DNA of 64,000 nt from Carcharhinus amblyrhynchos (GCA_965287045.1 OZ336878.1:63736001-63800000); one strand, 5' to 3'. Counted from the first letter of the stretch, positions 12,563-25,810 are shown. Numbers and translations are program-made. The notes: a model not told the origin generated them from the letters alone.

Positions 12563-14004
12563 TTTTTGAGCCAGTGAACCTTATAACCAATTCAGCACCA
12601 ACAGTTTTGTCAAAATATTGATACTTCTTCATCCGTGGACCCAGAGATTCATTGCACACAGAACCCTGATAGCCTGCAGGAGAAGTCTTCATGTCCTTCA
12701 TCTCTGACTCTGGTTCAAACCAGGTATCTCAAGGTGAAAAGATTAAACAATACACTAAACTTCCCTCCCCCTCCTCCAGTCATCCCCATCCAACATTATT
12801 TAATTATTTTTCAGTTTGTAGCATATTAGAAACAGGTTATAGTTAATTATCTACACAGCTAATATGTGCCATCAGTCAGGAGTTATCCTAATTGTCTCAT
12901 TTATCGAAAACATATATTGTACCACTTATCAAAACATTTCTTGCATTAATTAAAGAATGATAAATCATACACCACCTCTTCTCCTCCAGAAACATCCCAT
13001 TTTAAATTAAAATCTATGATTATATCATCTTACCATCACCCAGAACATTATTCAAATTGAGTAATTAGTGAGTAGCTAATTCACTACTTTGCAGATTGGA
13101 CAGTCCTTGGCCAAAATGGCCACTTAAATTCTATTTTTGCTGTAAAGGTCCTCATAAATGTTAACAAACCTATATCTTAAAAATCCAGCTTAGTGTTATG
13201 TTTTTTCCATTAGGATTCAGTAGGTAGAGATCTGATGGATCTTTGTTAAAAGAAATGCAGTCCAGGATAACGGAGTTGCTGAAATGGATGCTGTACTGAC
13301 ACATCCCCTACAGAAGCGGGTTATGACTCCTTTAACTGGCAACGTGGGGAAATGATCCTTGAACTTTCCTTCCTTGGGGGAAAAAAATCTCTTGAATTAC
13401 TCAGAGCCTAGTTTCCAAAAGAAACAAGTAAAATTTCTTTCCAGTTTGATCACTGTGACTGTAGTGAAGAAGTTGTGTGGATTCAATTGATTCATCAAGT
13501 TGGCAAAACATACATGGACTTGAGCACCCTCTTGGATGCCATTGGCATCTGCGCCACAGTGAATAGGAGATGCATTGACTATGTGACATGGGTGGCAGAT
13601 ACTTAACACCACAGAGCCAGCTCCATTGTGAACATTTACTACTGCTACATTTTGCTTTCATTTTCAAAGCCATTTAACTGTTTGTTGCTTAGATAGGTTA
13701 ATTTTTTCCATGACTAGCTAGAATTAGCGCAACACACGCACACACACAGCAAAAGTACAGGGAAAAATTCCTCTGATTCCATGTGTAGTGACACCATCAC
13801 CAAATTTGTGATTTCTAGTCTCTTCATAATTTTTTTAAGCACGTTGTCAAATCAAGATTCCTATAGCATCTTAATTTCATTAAACTGCGGAACAAAGAAT
13901 CACAAAATTAGATTCACATGTTGGCTGTGTCAGCAGATACAAACCTAAAGCATTATGAATTTCTATGAAGAAAATCATCCTCATGTGTGCAAAACTTCAT
14001 GTTC

Positions 14005-14347
14005 ATGTTCCGCACACATAAGGGTGGCCTCAACCAGGATCTTGGGTTCATGTCACACTATCTGTAACCCCCATGACCTGCCTGGGCTTGCAACATCTAA
14101 CTTACTGTCCTCTCTGTAGACAATACACATCTCTTTAAGCTATGCTTAATGCTATCTCCACTCACATTGTCTGCACCTTTAAGACTTGATTAATAGTATT
14201 CTGTAAACTGCGTGTGTCTTTATATGCTCTATTGTGATCAGAACTCCCACTCACCTGACGAAGGGGCAAACCCCAAAAGCTAATGGCGTTTACTACCAAA
14301 TAAACCTGTTGGACTTTAACCTGGTGCTGTGAGACTTCTTACTGTGC
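14005..14347 (+). mobile_element. Penelope-like element 3' end with pseudo-LTR
   Basis: Encodes FRTHKGGLNQDLGFMSHY; carries ctgacga hammerhead core and aaataaacctgttggactttaacc. Confidence 0.85.
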
Positions 14348-14394
14348 ATGCCTTTCAACAGGGATCCAACAAAATCATACTATCAATATTAAGT

Positions 14395-14730
14395 GGTTGG
14401 AACAGTGGTTACCATTGTTGTCTCACAACGCCAGGGAGCTGGGTTCAATTCCTGGCTCAGTCACTACCTGTGTGGAGTTTGCACGTGTCTACGCGGGTTT
14501 CCTCCAGGTGCTCCAGTTTCTTCCCACAGTCCAAAGATGTGCAGGTTAGATTGATTGGCCATGTTAAGTTGTTTCAAAGTGTCCTAAGATGTGTAGGTTA
14601 GGGAAATTGATGGGGTAAATATGTGGATTTAAGGGGACAGGGCCTGGGTAAGATGCATTGTCAGAGAGATAGTGTAGACTCATTAGATTGAATGGCCTCC
14701 TTCTGCACTGTAAGGATTCTATGAATCTAT
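14395..14730 (+). mobile_element. HE1-type V-SINE
   Basis: Head, V-domain and aaggattctatgaatc tail present. Confidence 0.9.
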
Positions 14731-14819
14731 AACTAAATTTCAATGTAATAATCAACTTTATTTTTAAAATATAGGTTTGTTTACACGTATAAGGGCCATA
14801 AAATAGGATAAAATCCCTT

Positions 14820-15150
14820 CAGTGCAGACTCTATGGGCCAAATGGCCTCCTTCTGTGCAGAAGGAGGCCATTCGGCCCATTGAGTCTGCACTGACCACAG
14901 TCTCACCTAGGTCCTATTTTCGTAATGCAACATATTTACCCTGCTAATCCCGACACTAAGGTCAATTTAGTATGACCAATCATCCTAACCCACACATCTT
15001 TGGACTGTGGGAGGAAATTGGAGCGCCTGGAGGAAACTCAGGCAGACATAGGGAGAACGTGCAAACTCCACACAGACAGTAACCTGAGGCCAGAATTTAA
15101 TCCAGGTCCTTGACGAAATGAGGCAGCAGTGATAACCACTGTGCCGTCCA
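14820..15150 (-). mobile_element. HE1-type V-SINE ending in a 36-bp fold-back
   Basis: Minus-strand HE1 at 14858-15150 with an inverted copy at 14820-14855. Confidence 0.9.
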
Positions 15151-15454
15151 TCATATCAACAAATAGAATTCAAGTTGCCATCCTAGTCAAGCAATCGTCT
15201 AAAACAGAAGTAAGATCGTCAATCACTGTTCATACAAATAAATTAAGCTGATGAGGCTCCAACTCTCTATAATTTCTTGTGTGAGTACTTATTAAGGAAT
15301 TATTCGAGATGATTATAAGAGAATTTTATTTAAAATTGGATTTATTCAGCTAAGAAGAGTTAGTGCGTGATTTGTCAATCTTCAATTAATACAGGAAATG
15401 TTTTGATTAAAGATCTTCAAATATATTCCTCAAATCCCACCAGTTTGCCTTTCT

Positions 15455-15727
15455 TATATATTTCTGATTTTAATCATTTCACAATTAGCACTGTGCCTTC
15501 AGCTGCCAAGACTCTAAATTAGTAATTCTCGTCCTGAACCAGCCCCCATTGTGAGCTGTGTGAAGGCATTCTTTGAAACCTACTTTTTCAATCAAGCATT
15601 TGGTCACCTGTCCTGCCATCATCTTATATGGTACCGTCCCAAGCTTTTGTTGCTAACATTCCTGCAAAAAGTCTTGGGACATTAACCACATGAAAGGTGC
15701 AACATAAACACAAGTCCTTGTTGTTGA
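15455..15727 (+). mobile_element. Ancient L2-type LINE 3' end
   Basis: tgtgccttcagctgcc..caagcatttggtcacctgtcc..aaaggtgcaacataaa..ttgttgttg; related to 20085-20605. Confidence 0.6.
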
Positions 15728-17279
15728 ATACTGAACTATCCCAACTCGTGGATTCTGTAATGAGCAGCAGAGTTGAGCAGTCACTCTTATAAATAATGAC
15801 TGAAGGTAAGAGGCGCATTTCCACACTGGATCAGGATAAGGCCATTTCGGACATAGTCAACACAGCCAGAATCAAACAGGAATAGAGCTTGCTGTTAATG
15901 AGCTCATTCAATCCAATGACTGAAGTGGGGCTAATCAAAGGTGGATAGCTTACAAGTTGGATTTCTCTGCAATTTCATCCTGATTGGCCTTAGGAAACAA
16001 GGTGTCCACCAACCCACCAGAGTTACACTGGCTGGCTGAGAAAATTCTGATGGCAAGTCTTGTAGCCAGTACCTGCACATCAGAGAGAACAAAATACTCA
16101 ATTGTACTTCAATTATTCTCCAACACAGGAATTTCACATCAATTTATGTGAAGGCAAATATTTCGAAGCACCACCTCCCTGTCCATATTAAACCTCTCTC
16201 TCCTACCTCAGTGGAATTGAAGGGAGGAGGTCATTTTACCCTAATCTGCTTGCCAATCTTTTTGGCAAATCGTATAAGCTAAATTAAAAAAAACTCAGGG
16301 ACAAAGTAAAAAAAGGGGCAGACTCTTAACGAGGGGAACCGTCCGAAACAAAAAACAAAGCGTAAAGGCAACTTAAAGCATCAAACCAAAATGTGACTGA
16401 TTTGGACACTGAGGGGATCTGATCAGCCACCCAGTTTGCACCTTGTCTGATTTAATTTGCTGCGGACAACGGGGAACAATCAAATCAGGCGAGGAATGAA
16501 TTGAGCAACCAATTTGAACTGGTCAGCTTCCCATTGGGCAGGGTAGGTTAGACCGACCCCGAAACAGCTTCTTTTCTCCGGGGTTTCAGTTCTTAATAAC
16601 TACATTATCCCTGGTGCATAACAAACGTTCAAAATCCTCTGAACTGAACAAACTGGAGGGTGAAGTCGGTTAGTCAACCTTTAACATTTGCCTTGCAGTA
16701 ATGAAGAAACTAGTGGTTGAATACACAGGGGTGCCTTCCGACTCACATTGATGATGAGTTCTATACAACTAGTTCTATTTCAGTGAAGTAAGAGTAATTG
16801 GTTTTCAGTTCTTGTTTTCTTTCACCATCAATTAACATCCTCAATGGTCAGAAGCTGCACTTCGTACAACGTGTGCTATTCCAGGATTACATATAAGGGA
16901 GATGATAAACCTAAAAAGTGTTTCAAACAACAGAGATTCAGAATGCAATTAAAATAATATTGCGTACATATCAGTCCTCAACTTAACCTCATTTCTTTTA
17001 TTGCTAACAACAATTCCTCGAATCAATGTCAATAGGAATTAAAGGCAATTCAGTTTCTCAGACATTTACCAAGATCCTTGGCAAAAAACTCCTTGTTCTG
17101 AAAGTGGAACCTGATAAAGACGTTGTTTCAAAAACGTGGCATTAAATACATTGAAATACTATCGTTATGCTGTCGCAAGAAGAGCATTACATTAAAATGT
17201 AAATGCAGGTTACTGCTACTCTCATGGGACTTTTGCAAGCTGCTCATTAAATTAGAGAGAAAGTGAGACTTGCTGATTT

Positions 17280-17298
17280 TGGCCACTAGGTGGCAGAA
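17280..17298 (+). promoter_or_regulatory. CTCF binding motif
   Basis: tggccactaggtggcagaa matches the CTCF core CCASYAGRKGGCR and lies in non-repeat DNA. Confidence 0.65.
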
Positions 17299-17337
17299 TG
17301 TTTCCACCAGCCACTGCAATACAGCAGAGTTTTATAC

Positions 17338-17601
17338 CTCCGGCATCACTACCCTACAGGCAGAAAATATCTTCTGGATAACCATCTTAGCTTCTGCTAA
17401 CCTCCTGCCATTTTTGGTCACATATTTCTTACTCGTGCTGCAATTTAAACACAAACACCAAACAGTTTCCCCTGTATCTTTTGCACCCTGTAACAGTCTG
17501 CATGCCAGTGGACTGTAAGACCCTCTGGCAACTTGGGGGCAACTGTCTGGCAGTTTCCTCTCTGCCCCAGTCCTATCTGCTTCTTCATTCCCCTCCAACA
17601 T
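17338..17601 (-). CDS. Candidate exon (88 codons) of an unidentified gene
   Basis: ATG-led open frame in unique DNA ending at GAG/gtataa; no homology recognised. Confidence 0.2.
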
Positions 17602-18204
17602 CTGAGATACTCTGGGGTGAGATTTGCTGTGAGATATTTGTAATGCATGTCTTCATTCTAAACATCTCTGTTACAAGAGCACTGTGAAGTGTTACTCACA
17701 AATGCATCAGCACATTTGTCGCAGGAATAAATTTGTTACTAAACATTTGTTGAAGCTTCAGTCCACAGCCAGATCGGAGTATTTTTGTGTTTAATTGAAA
17801 ATCTCTTGAATTGAACTTAAATTTCAGCAATGTCAAAGCACTTGGCTGCGTCACTAAAATTCTAGTCTCGTGCATGATACTTGGATGGACTGAAGCATCT
17901 ATTGTCTACACAATAGTCACAGACACTCCTGTCAATCTTACTGTATGTGCTCGTTTATCATAAGCTTTTTTCCTCTGACTCCAGTCTCAGATATCCATTG
18001 CCTCCTTTTATGATTTTTCTGACAGGCTATCAGACCTCTCCCTTTCCCTCCCTGCCTTTCATTAACTTTCTTCACTCCCTGTTCTCAGTAAGGTTCCTCA
18101 AATAAACTGTTTTCTTCTCATGGTTCTGTCCACAATGTCACTGCCACAAATTCATCCCAGAAATGGACCAGCTGCAAATCTCCCCACCCACCCTTTTAGT
18201 ATTC

Positions 18205-18575
18205 ATTCCTGATCTGAGAATGTTGTTGGCCAGCATTTATTGTCAATCCCTAATTGCATTCAGAAACTGCAGTAGCCCATGTGGTGGAGGCACAACCAGA
18301 GTGCTGTTACAGATGGAGTTCTAGGAATTTGAGGCAGAGGTAGAGAAAGAACCCTGATATAGTTCCAAATCGGGATGGCGTGTGACTTGGAGAGGAACCT
18401 ACAGGTGGTGGTGTTCCCATATGTCTACTTCCCTTTGCCCATCTCAATGGTAAAGGTTGTGACTCTGGATGGTGCTGTCAAAGTAGGCTTGGCCAGTCGC
18501 TACAGCGCAACGTTTCCACTCACTCACAAGAGCCAGGCAGTGACCATCTCCAACAAGGGAGAATCCAACCACTGA
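18205..18575 (-). mobile_element. Old LINE 3' fragment
   Basis: Tail ggccagcatttattg; gtgaccatctccaacaag near the other end. Confidence 0.55.
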
Positions 18576-18579
18576 TGGG

Positions 18580-19495
18580 TGAGGTGGACTGATAAAACCG
18601 CGCAAGAGCAGAGAAATCAAGATCAGACCCAATTTCTCGCCTCTCGCAATCTTACGAGAGCCAGATTTGCGGCGAGGTCAGCTTCTCGCCGGAAATGAGC
18701 GAGTGGTGAATAAATTATGTTAACATATTTTAATACTGATTTAAATATCTTTAGTAAGCCCAACACCAAATCATCCGGGCTCGCTCACCCTTATGGATTC
18801 AATGGAAGATGGTCTGTCTAGCAAGGAAAACACCTGCTCCCTATGAACGGGGAACAGTCAGTTGGCCTCACGGTAGAACCAGAGGTCAATGAAGCCATCC
18901 CCCCCCCCCGCCCCACACAGAGGCCAAGGGCAAGGAGGGGGTTCCCCATGTGCAGTGTCTCCCTGACACCTTTAGCACTGCCAACCTGGCATCTTGACAC
19001 TGCCCACCAAGCACTGCTAGGGGCAGGACCTATACGGGTGGAGCCTGAAGGTGCAGCCCAATAAGGGAGGGAGAAGGGGGCCCACTTCTTCTCTGCAGAT
19101 GCGATCAGTGGAGGGGGGGAGGTGTGATCAATGTGGGTGGCAGGGGCTGCATTTCCGGGCAGTATCCAGCTCACAATCAGCCATGGGCCCCCACAATTGT
19201 GGGGGGGAGGGCTGTGTTCAACCTGCCTGCAGCAGCAGAGGCCTGACAATTCTCTCTCTCTCTCTCTCTCTCTCCCTGTCAGATCTCTGCAGTTGCACAT
19301 GTGCAATGGCTCCCTCTACAGATTGGCTAGTGAATTCAGTCCTACCCACTGCCTGCAGCAGCTAGAAATGGTCTAGCCTATATATTCAATGTCTAAATCC
19401 ATAAGATTGGACGTGAAAACTCACCCCAATAACAGATCTGCTACTGTCCCATTTTCACGCTAGCTGGACACTTAGAATCACTCTTGTAAAATTCC
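18580..19495. mobile_element. Non-autonomous DNA-transposon/MITE-like element, GC-rich interior, (CT)n at 19251-19274
   Basis: CpG-retaining ends, ends in gtaaaattcc; similar layout to 54490-55372. Confidence 0.45.
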
Positions 19496-20084
19496 ATTCA
19501 TTGTATCAGACCAGCTATCTGTTTTGCCACTCTCCCAGTGTTCATTCACATTAAAGACCTTTTTTATTTAATTAATAGAAGGAAGGGGTTACTTTTGCAC
19601 ATAATTCCTTTGACCTTCCCTTCTCTTATAAATACTATTCATTATTCAGTACAATTAAACATTCATCTTTAAATAATGACATTGATAGTTTAGTACCATC
19701 TTGTTGTGATTTGTTGCATTTAATATTAGAGTTGTCAGCATTTTAAATGTAATAATGGCACTGGTACATGAACACCTTATCCATATGACCCATATAATTT
19801 TGAGGTAGTTACACCTCCCTGAATAAACGCACAAGAGGAAAAGAATAGGACAATGTATGAATTCAAGTGCTTCACAAATAATTGAATGAATCAAGCAGCA
19901 TCATAAAGCATAAGAATAAAACAGAACATTGATATCACACTATAAGCCTGAGTTAATTGTCTTACTTCTTTTATTATTTACATCATATAGTCTACCACTG
20001 CCAAATGTTTGAATGAAGTTAGTCCCCCATCTGTCCTGGGCAGCAAAACTGTGTTGCCTGTGTACTCAGACCGAGTCCCATTCA

Positions 20085-20605
20085 CCCAGCACCTCTGTGC
20101 TTTCTGGATCCAGATACATCAATTTCTCAATTTCAAAATGCCCATTGTGGTTTTCAAATTGCTCCATGACTCCCTCCCGGCACCCATTCCATTTTGTCTC
20201 TCTATAACCTCCTCCAGCTCAACCATCCTCGGAGGTACCTGCACTCCTCCAGTTCTGGCTTTGTATGTCTCTGATTTTAATTGCTCCATCACTGGCTTCG
20301 GCTCCCTGGGCCTTAAACTCCGAAATTTCTTCCTTGAACCTCTCCACCTCTCTCTTTTTCACCCCGATGCCCCTTAAAAAGTACCTTCTCAAGGACAATT
20401 AGCAATGGGCAATAAGTGCTGGTTTTCCCAGCAATGTCCACACCCCCAAGAACAAATAAGGAAAAGATCTCTCCGATCAGGTTTATGGGTCACAGGTTCT
20501 AATATCTCTTTATATGGCTCAGTGTTGAACTTGTTGAATAATTACGTCTGTGAAACATCTTGGGCAGTTTTCTATGTCAAACGAGCAATAGAAATTGTTG
20601 TTGTC
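20085..20605 (+). mobile_element. Ancient L2-type LINE 3' part
   Basis: Degenerate ORF2 end (FKMPIVVFKLLHDSLP) and tail tgtgaaacatcttggg..ttgttgttg. Confidence 0.65.
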
Positions 20606-20757
20606 TTACCTGCATTGAATATTTGAGGATAGTGATGTGGCACTGGATGATTTATATCAACATAATACTGTGACAATGGGTGACAAGCTAGATGAGTCTT
20701 AGTTGGATATTCAGAGGATATTACTATCAGAGACAGTTACTCTCAGATTCCTATTTA

Positions 20758-21840
20758 TCAACTACAGCTCAACCTTCAGCACCATTATTCCTACAAAACT
20801 CATCTCCAAACTACGTGTCCTATGGCTCAGCTCCTGCCCTCTGTGACTGGATTCTGAATCTCCTAACCCACAGACCACAATCAGTCAGGATAGGCATCAA
20901 CACTGGTGCCCCACAAGGCTGTGTCCTCAGCCCTTTGTTATATTTCTTACACACTTATAAGTGTGAGGCCAAATTCTGCCCCAACTTCATTTTCAAGTTT
21001 GCTGATGACACCACTGTAGTGGGTCAGTTCTCAAACAATGATGAGATGTATTACAGGAAAGATATAGAGAATGTGGTGAAATGGTGCAAAGGCAATAACC
21101 TCTCCCTCAATGTCTGTAAAATGAAGGAGATAGTCATTGACTTCAGGAATCCTAGTTAAGGACATGCCTCTGTCTGTGGGGATGAAGTGAAAATGGTTGA
21201 GAGCTTCAAGTGTTTAGGTGTCCAGATCACCAACAACCTGTTCTGATCCCCCCCATGCTAACGGTATTGTTAAGAAAGCCCACCAACACCTCTACTTTCT
21301 CAGGAGACTAAGGAAATTTGGCATGTTAGCTATGAATCTCACCAACTTTTACAGATGCACCATAGAAAGCATTCTTTCTAGTTGCATCACAGCTTGGTAC
21401 ACAGCTCCTGCCCTGTCCAAGACCATGGAAAACTACAAAGGGTCATGAACGTAGCCCAGGCCATCACGCAAACTAGCCCCCCATCCATTGACTCTGTCTA
21501 CACTCCCAGTGCTTCAGAAAAGCAGCCAGCATAATTTAGAACACCATGCACCCCAGACATACTCTCTTCCACCTTCTTCTGTCAGGAAAACGATACAAAA
21601 GTCTGCGGTCAGGTACCAACCGACTCAAGAACAGCTTCTTCCCTGCTGCCGTCAGACTCTTGACTGGACCTACCTTACATTTAGTTGAATTTTCTCTACA
21701 TACTAGCTATGACTGTAACACCACATTCTGCACCCCTCCTTTCCTTCTCCCCATGTACTCTATGAACAATATGCTTTGTCTGTATAGCACACAAGAAACA
21801 CTGTATACTATTGCATGTGACAATAATAACAAATCAAACT
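20758..21840 (+). mobile_element. Rex1/Babar-type LINE, 5'-truncated and frameshifted
   Basis: LCDWILNLLTHRPQSVRIG, GAPQGCVLSPLLY, FKFADDTTVVG, KKAHQHLYFLRRLRKFG, TNRLKNSFFPAAVRLL; tail gtgacaataataacaaatcaaa. Confidence 0.9.
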
Positions 21841-21904
21841 GGAATGTTGGAATGGTTGTAGCACAGGAACCAGCTTGGCGAATTGCAAAAGCAATTATCT
21901 GCAC

Positions 21905-22680
21905 TCTGTCCAATGTCTTTGCATTGTTTCTGAAGTGTGGTGCCCAAAATTGGACACTTCCTCCAACTGAGGTTGAACCAGAGTTGTCTAAAGGTACATC
22001 ATGTCTTCCCTGTGTTTGTTCTCTATGCCTCTATTTATATAACCTTGGATTGTGTATGTTTTTTCAAACACTTTCTCAATTGCCCTGCCACCTCAAAGAC
22101 ATGTGTCCATTTACCCCCAAGTCTCTGAGCATGCACCTCCTTAGCCTTTTGTTTATGCTATTTCTCCATGTTCATCCTGTCACATGTACTATTTCTGCAT
22201 CAAATTATTAGCTCTTTGCATTAAATTTAATTTTCCCCGTCTCCACCTATCCCACCAGTGTCTGCCTTCTTAGAGTTTTTCATTTTTCTCCTCGTCAGTT
22301 CAGAGACAATTCCTTGTTTTGTGGCAACTCCAAACTTGAAAACTGTGCCCTACATCAAGTCTAAATTATTAATATACATCAAGAAAAACAGTTGTCCTGA
22401 TACTGGCCCTCGGGGAACCCACTACCTTCCTTCCTCCAGTCCAAATAAATACCACCGTTCACCACTAATCTCTGTTTAATGTCACTCAGTCAGTTATGTG
22501 TCCATACTGCCGCTGTCCCTTTTATTCCACAGAGTGCAGTTGTACTGACAAGCCTGCTATGTGGCACTTCATCGAACACTTTTTGGAAGTCCATGTACAC
22601 CACATTAACTGCGTTACCCTCCATTGCCTCATCAAAAAACTCTATCAAGTTTATTGAATATAAATTGCTTTTCACAAATG
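21905..22680 (-). mobile_element. Old CR1 RT remnant
   Basis: NLIEFFDEA..VNVVYMDFQKVFDEVPHSRL in ORF 22490-22744. Confidence 0.85.
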
Positions 22681-23105
22681 CAAGAACTCCTGCCACTGAC
22701 AGTAGGAATGATAGAGTAAACCCGCACTGTGGCTGTCGGTGCACATGTAACTGTTTCCGACATCTTTCCAGTCAGCGGGTGGTGGGATCATTGGTGCAAT
22801 TTTTAAATCCTCTGAAAGGAATTCCTGAAACAACCATGTCCAAAAATGTCTTCCTCAGGTAGGGGAAGGACAAAAACCTGAAAATCTGGACCACATTCCT
22901 ATATATTAGCTCAGCCAATGATTCAGAAGACTGTTCATTACATCTTTGTGATCTTGAACCCAATAATTGGTGAAAATCTTTCATTCAATATTTTATTTAC
23001 AAAGGATACAAATTGTAACTCAATGAACTTTTGGAGAAGGTCACTGGGGCATAGTTCTTTGGCAGATATGTTTGTTCTATTACAAGATGTTATAGCTGAC
23101 ACATT

Positions 23106-23799
23106 CATAAGAACATAAGAAATAGGAGCAGGAGTAGGCCATCTAGCCCTTCGAGCCTGCCCCGCCATTCAATAAGATCATGGCTGATCTGTTGTGGCTC
23201 AGTTCCACTTTCCCACCCTCTCCCCATAACCCTTAATCCCCTCTCTTATCAAGAACCCATCAACCCGCTTCTTAAAAATATTTAGCGAGGCAGCCTCCAC
23301 CACTTCAACGGGCAGAGAATTCCAGAGATTCACCACCCTTTGAGTGAAGAAGTTCCTCCTCAACTCCGTTCTAAACCGCCTCCCCTTTATCTTGAGGCTG
23401 TGCCCCCTAGTCCTACTGTCTTTTTTGAGCGGGAAGAGTCTCTCCACCTCTATCCTATCCATCCCATTCATCATCTTATACGTCTCAATGAGATCTCCCC
23501 TCATTCTTCTAAACTCTAACGAGTACAAGCCTAGTTTATTCAGCCTCTCCTCATAGCTCAATCCCCTCAACTCCGGTATCAGCCTAGTAAACCTCCTCTG
23601 CACTCCCTCCAGGGCCAAAATATCCTTGCGCAGGTGCGGCGCCCAAAACTGCACACAGTACTCCAGCTGCGGCCTCACCAATGCCCTATACAGCTGCAGC
23701 AAGACCTCCCTACTTTTATATTCAATCCCCCTCGCTATGAAGGCCAGCATCCCATTTGCCTTCCTGACCACCTGCTGCACCTGCAAGCTGGGTTTTTGC
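23106..23799 (-). mobile_element. Young 5'-truncated CR1 LINE
   Basis: Open 195-aa ORF2 end; nearly identical to 10241-10934. Confidence 0.97.
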
Positions 23800-23832
23800 G
23801 TCAGGAAGCATCTGGATTGCCAAGGGAACTAG

Positions 23833-23985
23833 TTTAAAGTTTATTTATTAGTGTCACAAGTAGGCTTACATTAACACTGCAATGAAGTTACTGTGAAAAT
23901 CCCCTAGTTGCCACACTCTGGCACCTATTTGGGTACATTGAGGGAGAACTTGGCATGGCTAATGCATGTCTTTCAGACTAGTTAG
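23833..23985 (-). mobile_element. V-SINE variant with an alternative 3' tail (3' part only)
   Basis: tttatttattagtgtcacaagtaggcttacattaacactgcaatgaag; same tail at 29303 and 44400. Confidence 0.75.
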
Positions 23986-24269
23986 AGAGAACCACTCTCT
24001 CATTGGAATTTCCCCCTCATACTCTGCCATGACTTTGCTATCCTGAACTTGATTTTCTGGGTGGAACATGCAGCAGATGCAGCACTGTAATGCATCTGCA
24101 CATGTGCAAGAAGTGCTCCTCCTACTATCGGGCATAATAAAATAACAATTTGCGGTCTGAAGGTGGCAAGACAGTACACAGTGCCTGTCGTCTCCCATTT
24201 CTAAACACAAAGCTTGCATATCTTATCCAAAATGGAAGATAGATTGATTGGATTATTGTGTTCAATTCA

Positions 24270-25810
24270 ATTATAAGGACATACTTGAGAAACTGTTCTT
24301 TTTGCAACAGAGGGAGTTCAGAGGAGATTTGATAGAAGCGTTCAAAGTCACAAATGGTTTTAAAGGAGTAACCCAAGAGGAACTGTTTCCACCAGCAGAG
24401 AGATCAGTAACCAGAAGATACAAATGTAAGGTCTTTAGTAAAAGAACATTTTACACAGTCGGTTGTTGTGAGCTGCAGAAAGTTAGGGTGCATGGAGTTG
24501 GGGATAAGGTGTTAGCGTGGATAGAGGATTGGCTATCTAATAGGAAGCAAAGAGTTGGTATCAATGGGTGCTATTCTGGTTGGTGGTTGGTGACTAGTGA
24601 AGTGCTGCAGGGATCGGTGCTGGGCCTCAGCTATTTACCATTTATATAGCTGATCTGGAGGAGGGGGCTGAGTGTAGGGTGACAAAATTTGCCGATGACA
24701 CGAAAATGAGTGGAAAAGGAAATTGCGTGGAAGGCGTGGAAAGTCTGCAGAGAGATCTGGATAGGCTGACCGAGTGAGTGAAGACCTGGCAGATGGAGTA
24801 TAATGTTAGCAAGTGTCAGGTTATCCACTTTGGCAGAAAAAATAGTAGGAGAGATTATTATTTAAAAGGCGAAAAGCTGCAGCATGCTACGGTGTAGAGG
24901 GACCTGGGGGCCCTTGTGCACGAGTCGCAAAAACCCAGTCTGCAGGTGCAGCAGGTGATCAAGAAGGCGAATGGAATGTTGGCCTTTATAGCGAGGGGGA
25001 TAGAATATAAAAGCAGGGAGGTCTTGCTGCAACTGTACAGGGTACTGGTGAGGCCACAGCTGGAGCACTGTGTGCAGTTTTGGTCGCCGCACTTGCAGAA
25101 GGACATATTGGCTTTGGAGGGAGTGCAGAGGAGGTTCACTAGGCTGATACCGGAGATGAGGGGGTTGGCCTGTGAAGAGACTAAATAGACTGGGTCTGTA
25201 CTCATTGGAGTTTAGAAGGATGGGGGGGATCTTATAGAGATGTATAAGATAATGAAGGGGATAGATAGGCTAGAGGTAGAGAGATTCTTCCCGCTTAGAA
25301 AGGATAGCAGGACTAGAGGACACAGCCTCAAGATAAGGGGGGGTCAGTTTAGATCAGAGTTGAGGAGGAACTTCTTCACTCAAAGGATGGTGAATGTCTG
25401 GAATTCTCTGCCCATTGAAGTGGTGGAGGCTACCTCGCTTAATATATTTAAGTCACGGGTAGATAGGTTTCTGATAGACAGGGGAATTAAGGGTTATGGG
25501 GAGAAAGCGGGAAAGTGGAACTGAGCCACGACAGATCAGCTATGATCTTATTGAATGGCAGGGCAGGCTCGAAGGGCTGGATGGCCTACTTCTGCTCCTA
25601 TTTCTTATGTTCTTATCTATTAGAATGCAGTAGCTGAAAGAGCAGTAAAAGCCGATTCATTACTGACTCTTAAAAGAAAATTAGATGAATCCTTGAAGGG
25701 ATTTTTTTTTCTAAATGGGACTCTGGGAAAAGATCAGGGGAGTGACATTAACCAGGTAGCAAAGAGCCAGCACTGGGCACAATGAGGCAAATAGACTCCT
25801 TCTGCGCTAT
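24270..25810 (+). mobile_element. Old CR1 3' fragment (24270-24470 and 25620-25810) split by a younger CR1 (24472-25617)
   Basis: Outer piece LEKLFFLQQREFRGDLIEAFK; inner piece GVGDKVLAWIEDWLSNRKQRV..FADD..YGEKAGKWN with several stops and ttcttatgttcttat tail. Confidence 0.92.

Noticed and set aside
13401-13673. 90-aa Cys/Trp-rich minus ORF
   Set aside because: No convincing splice donor before the stop and no recognised homology; left unannotated
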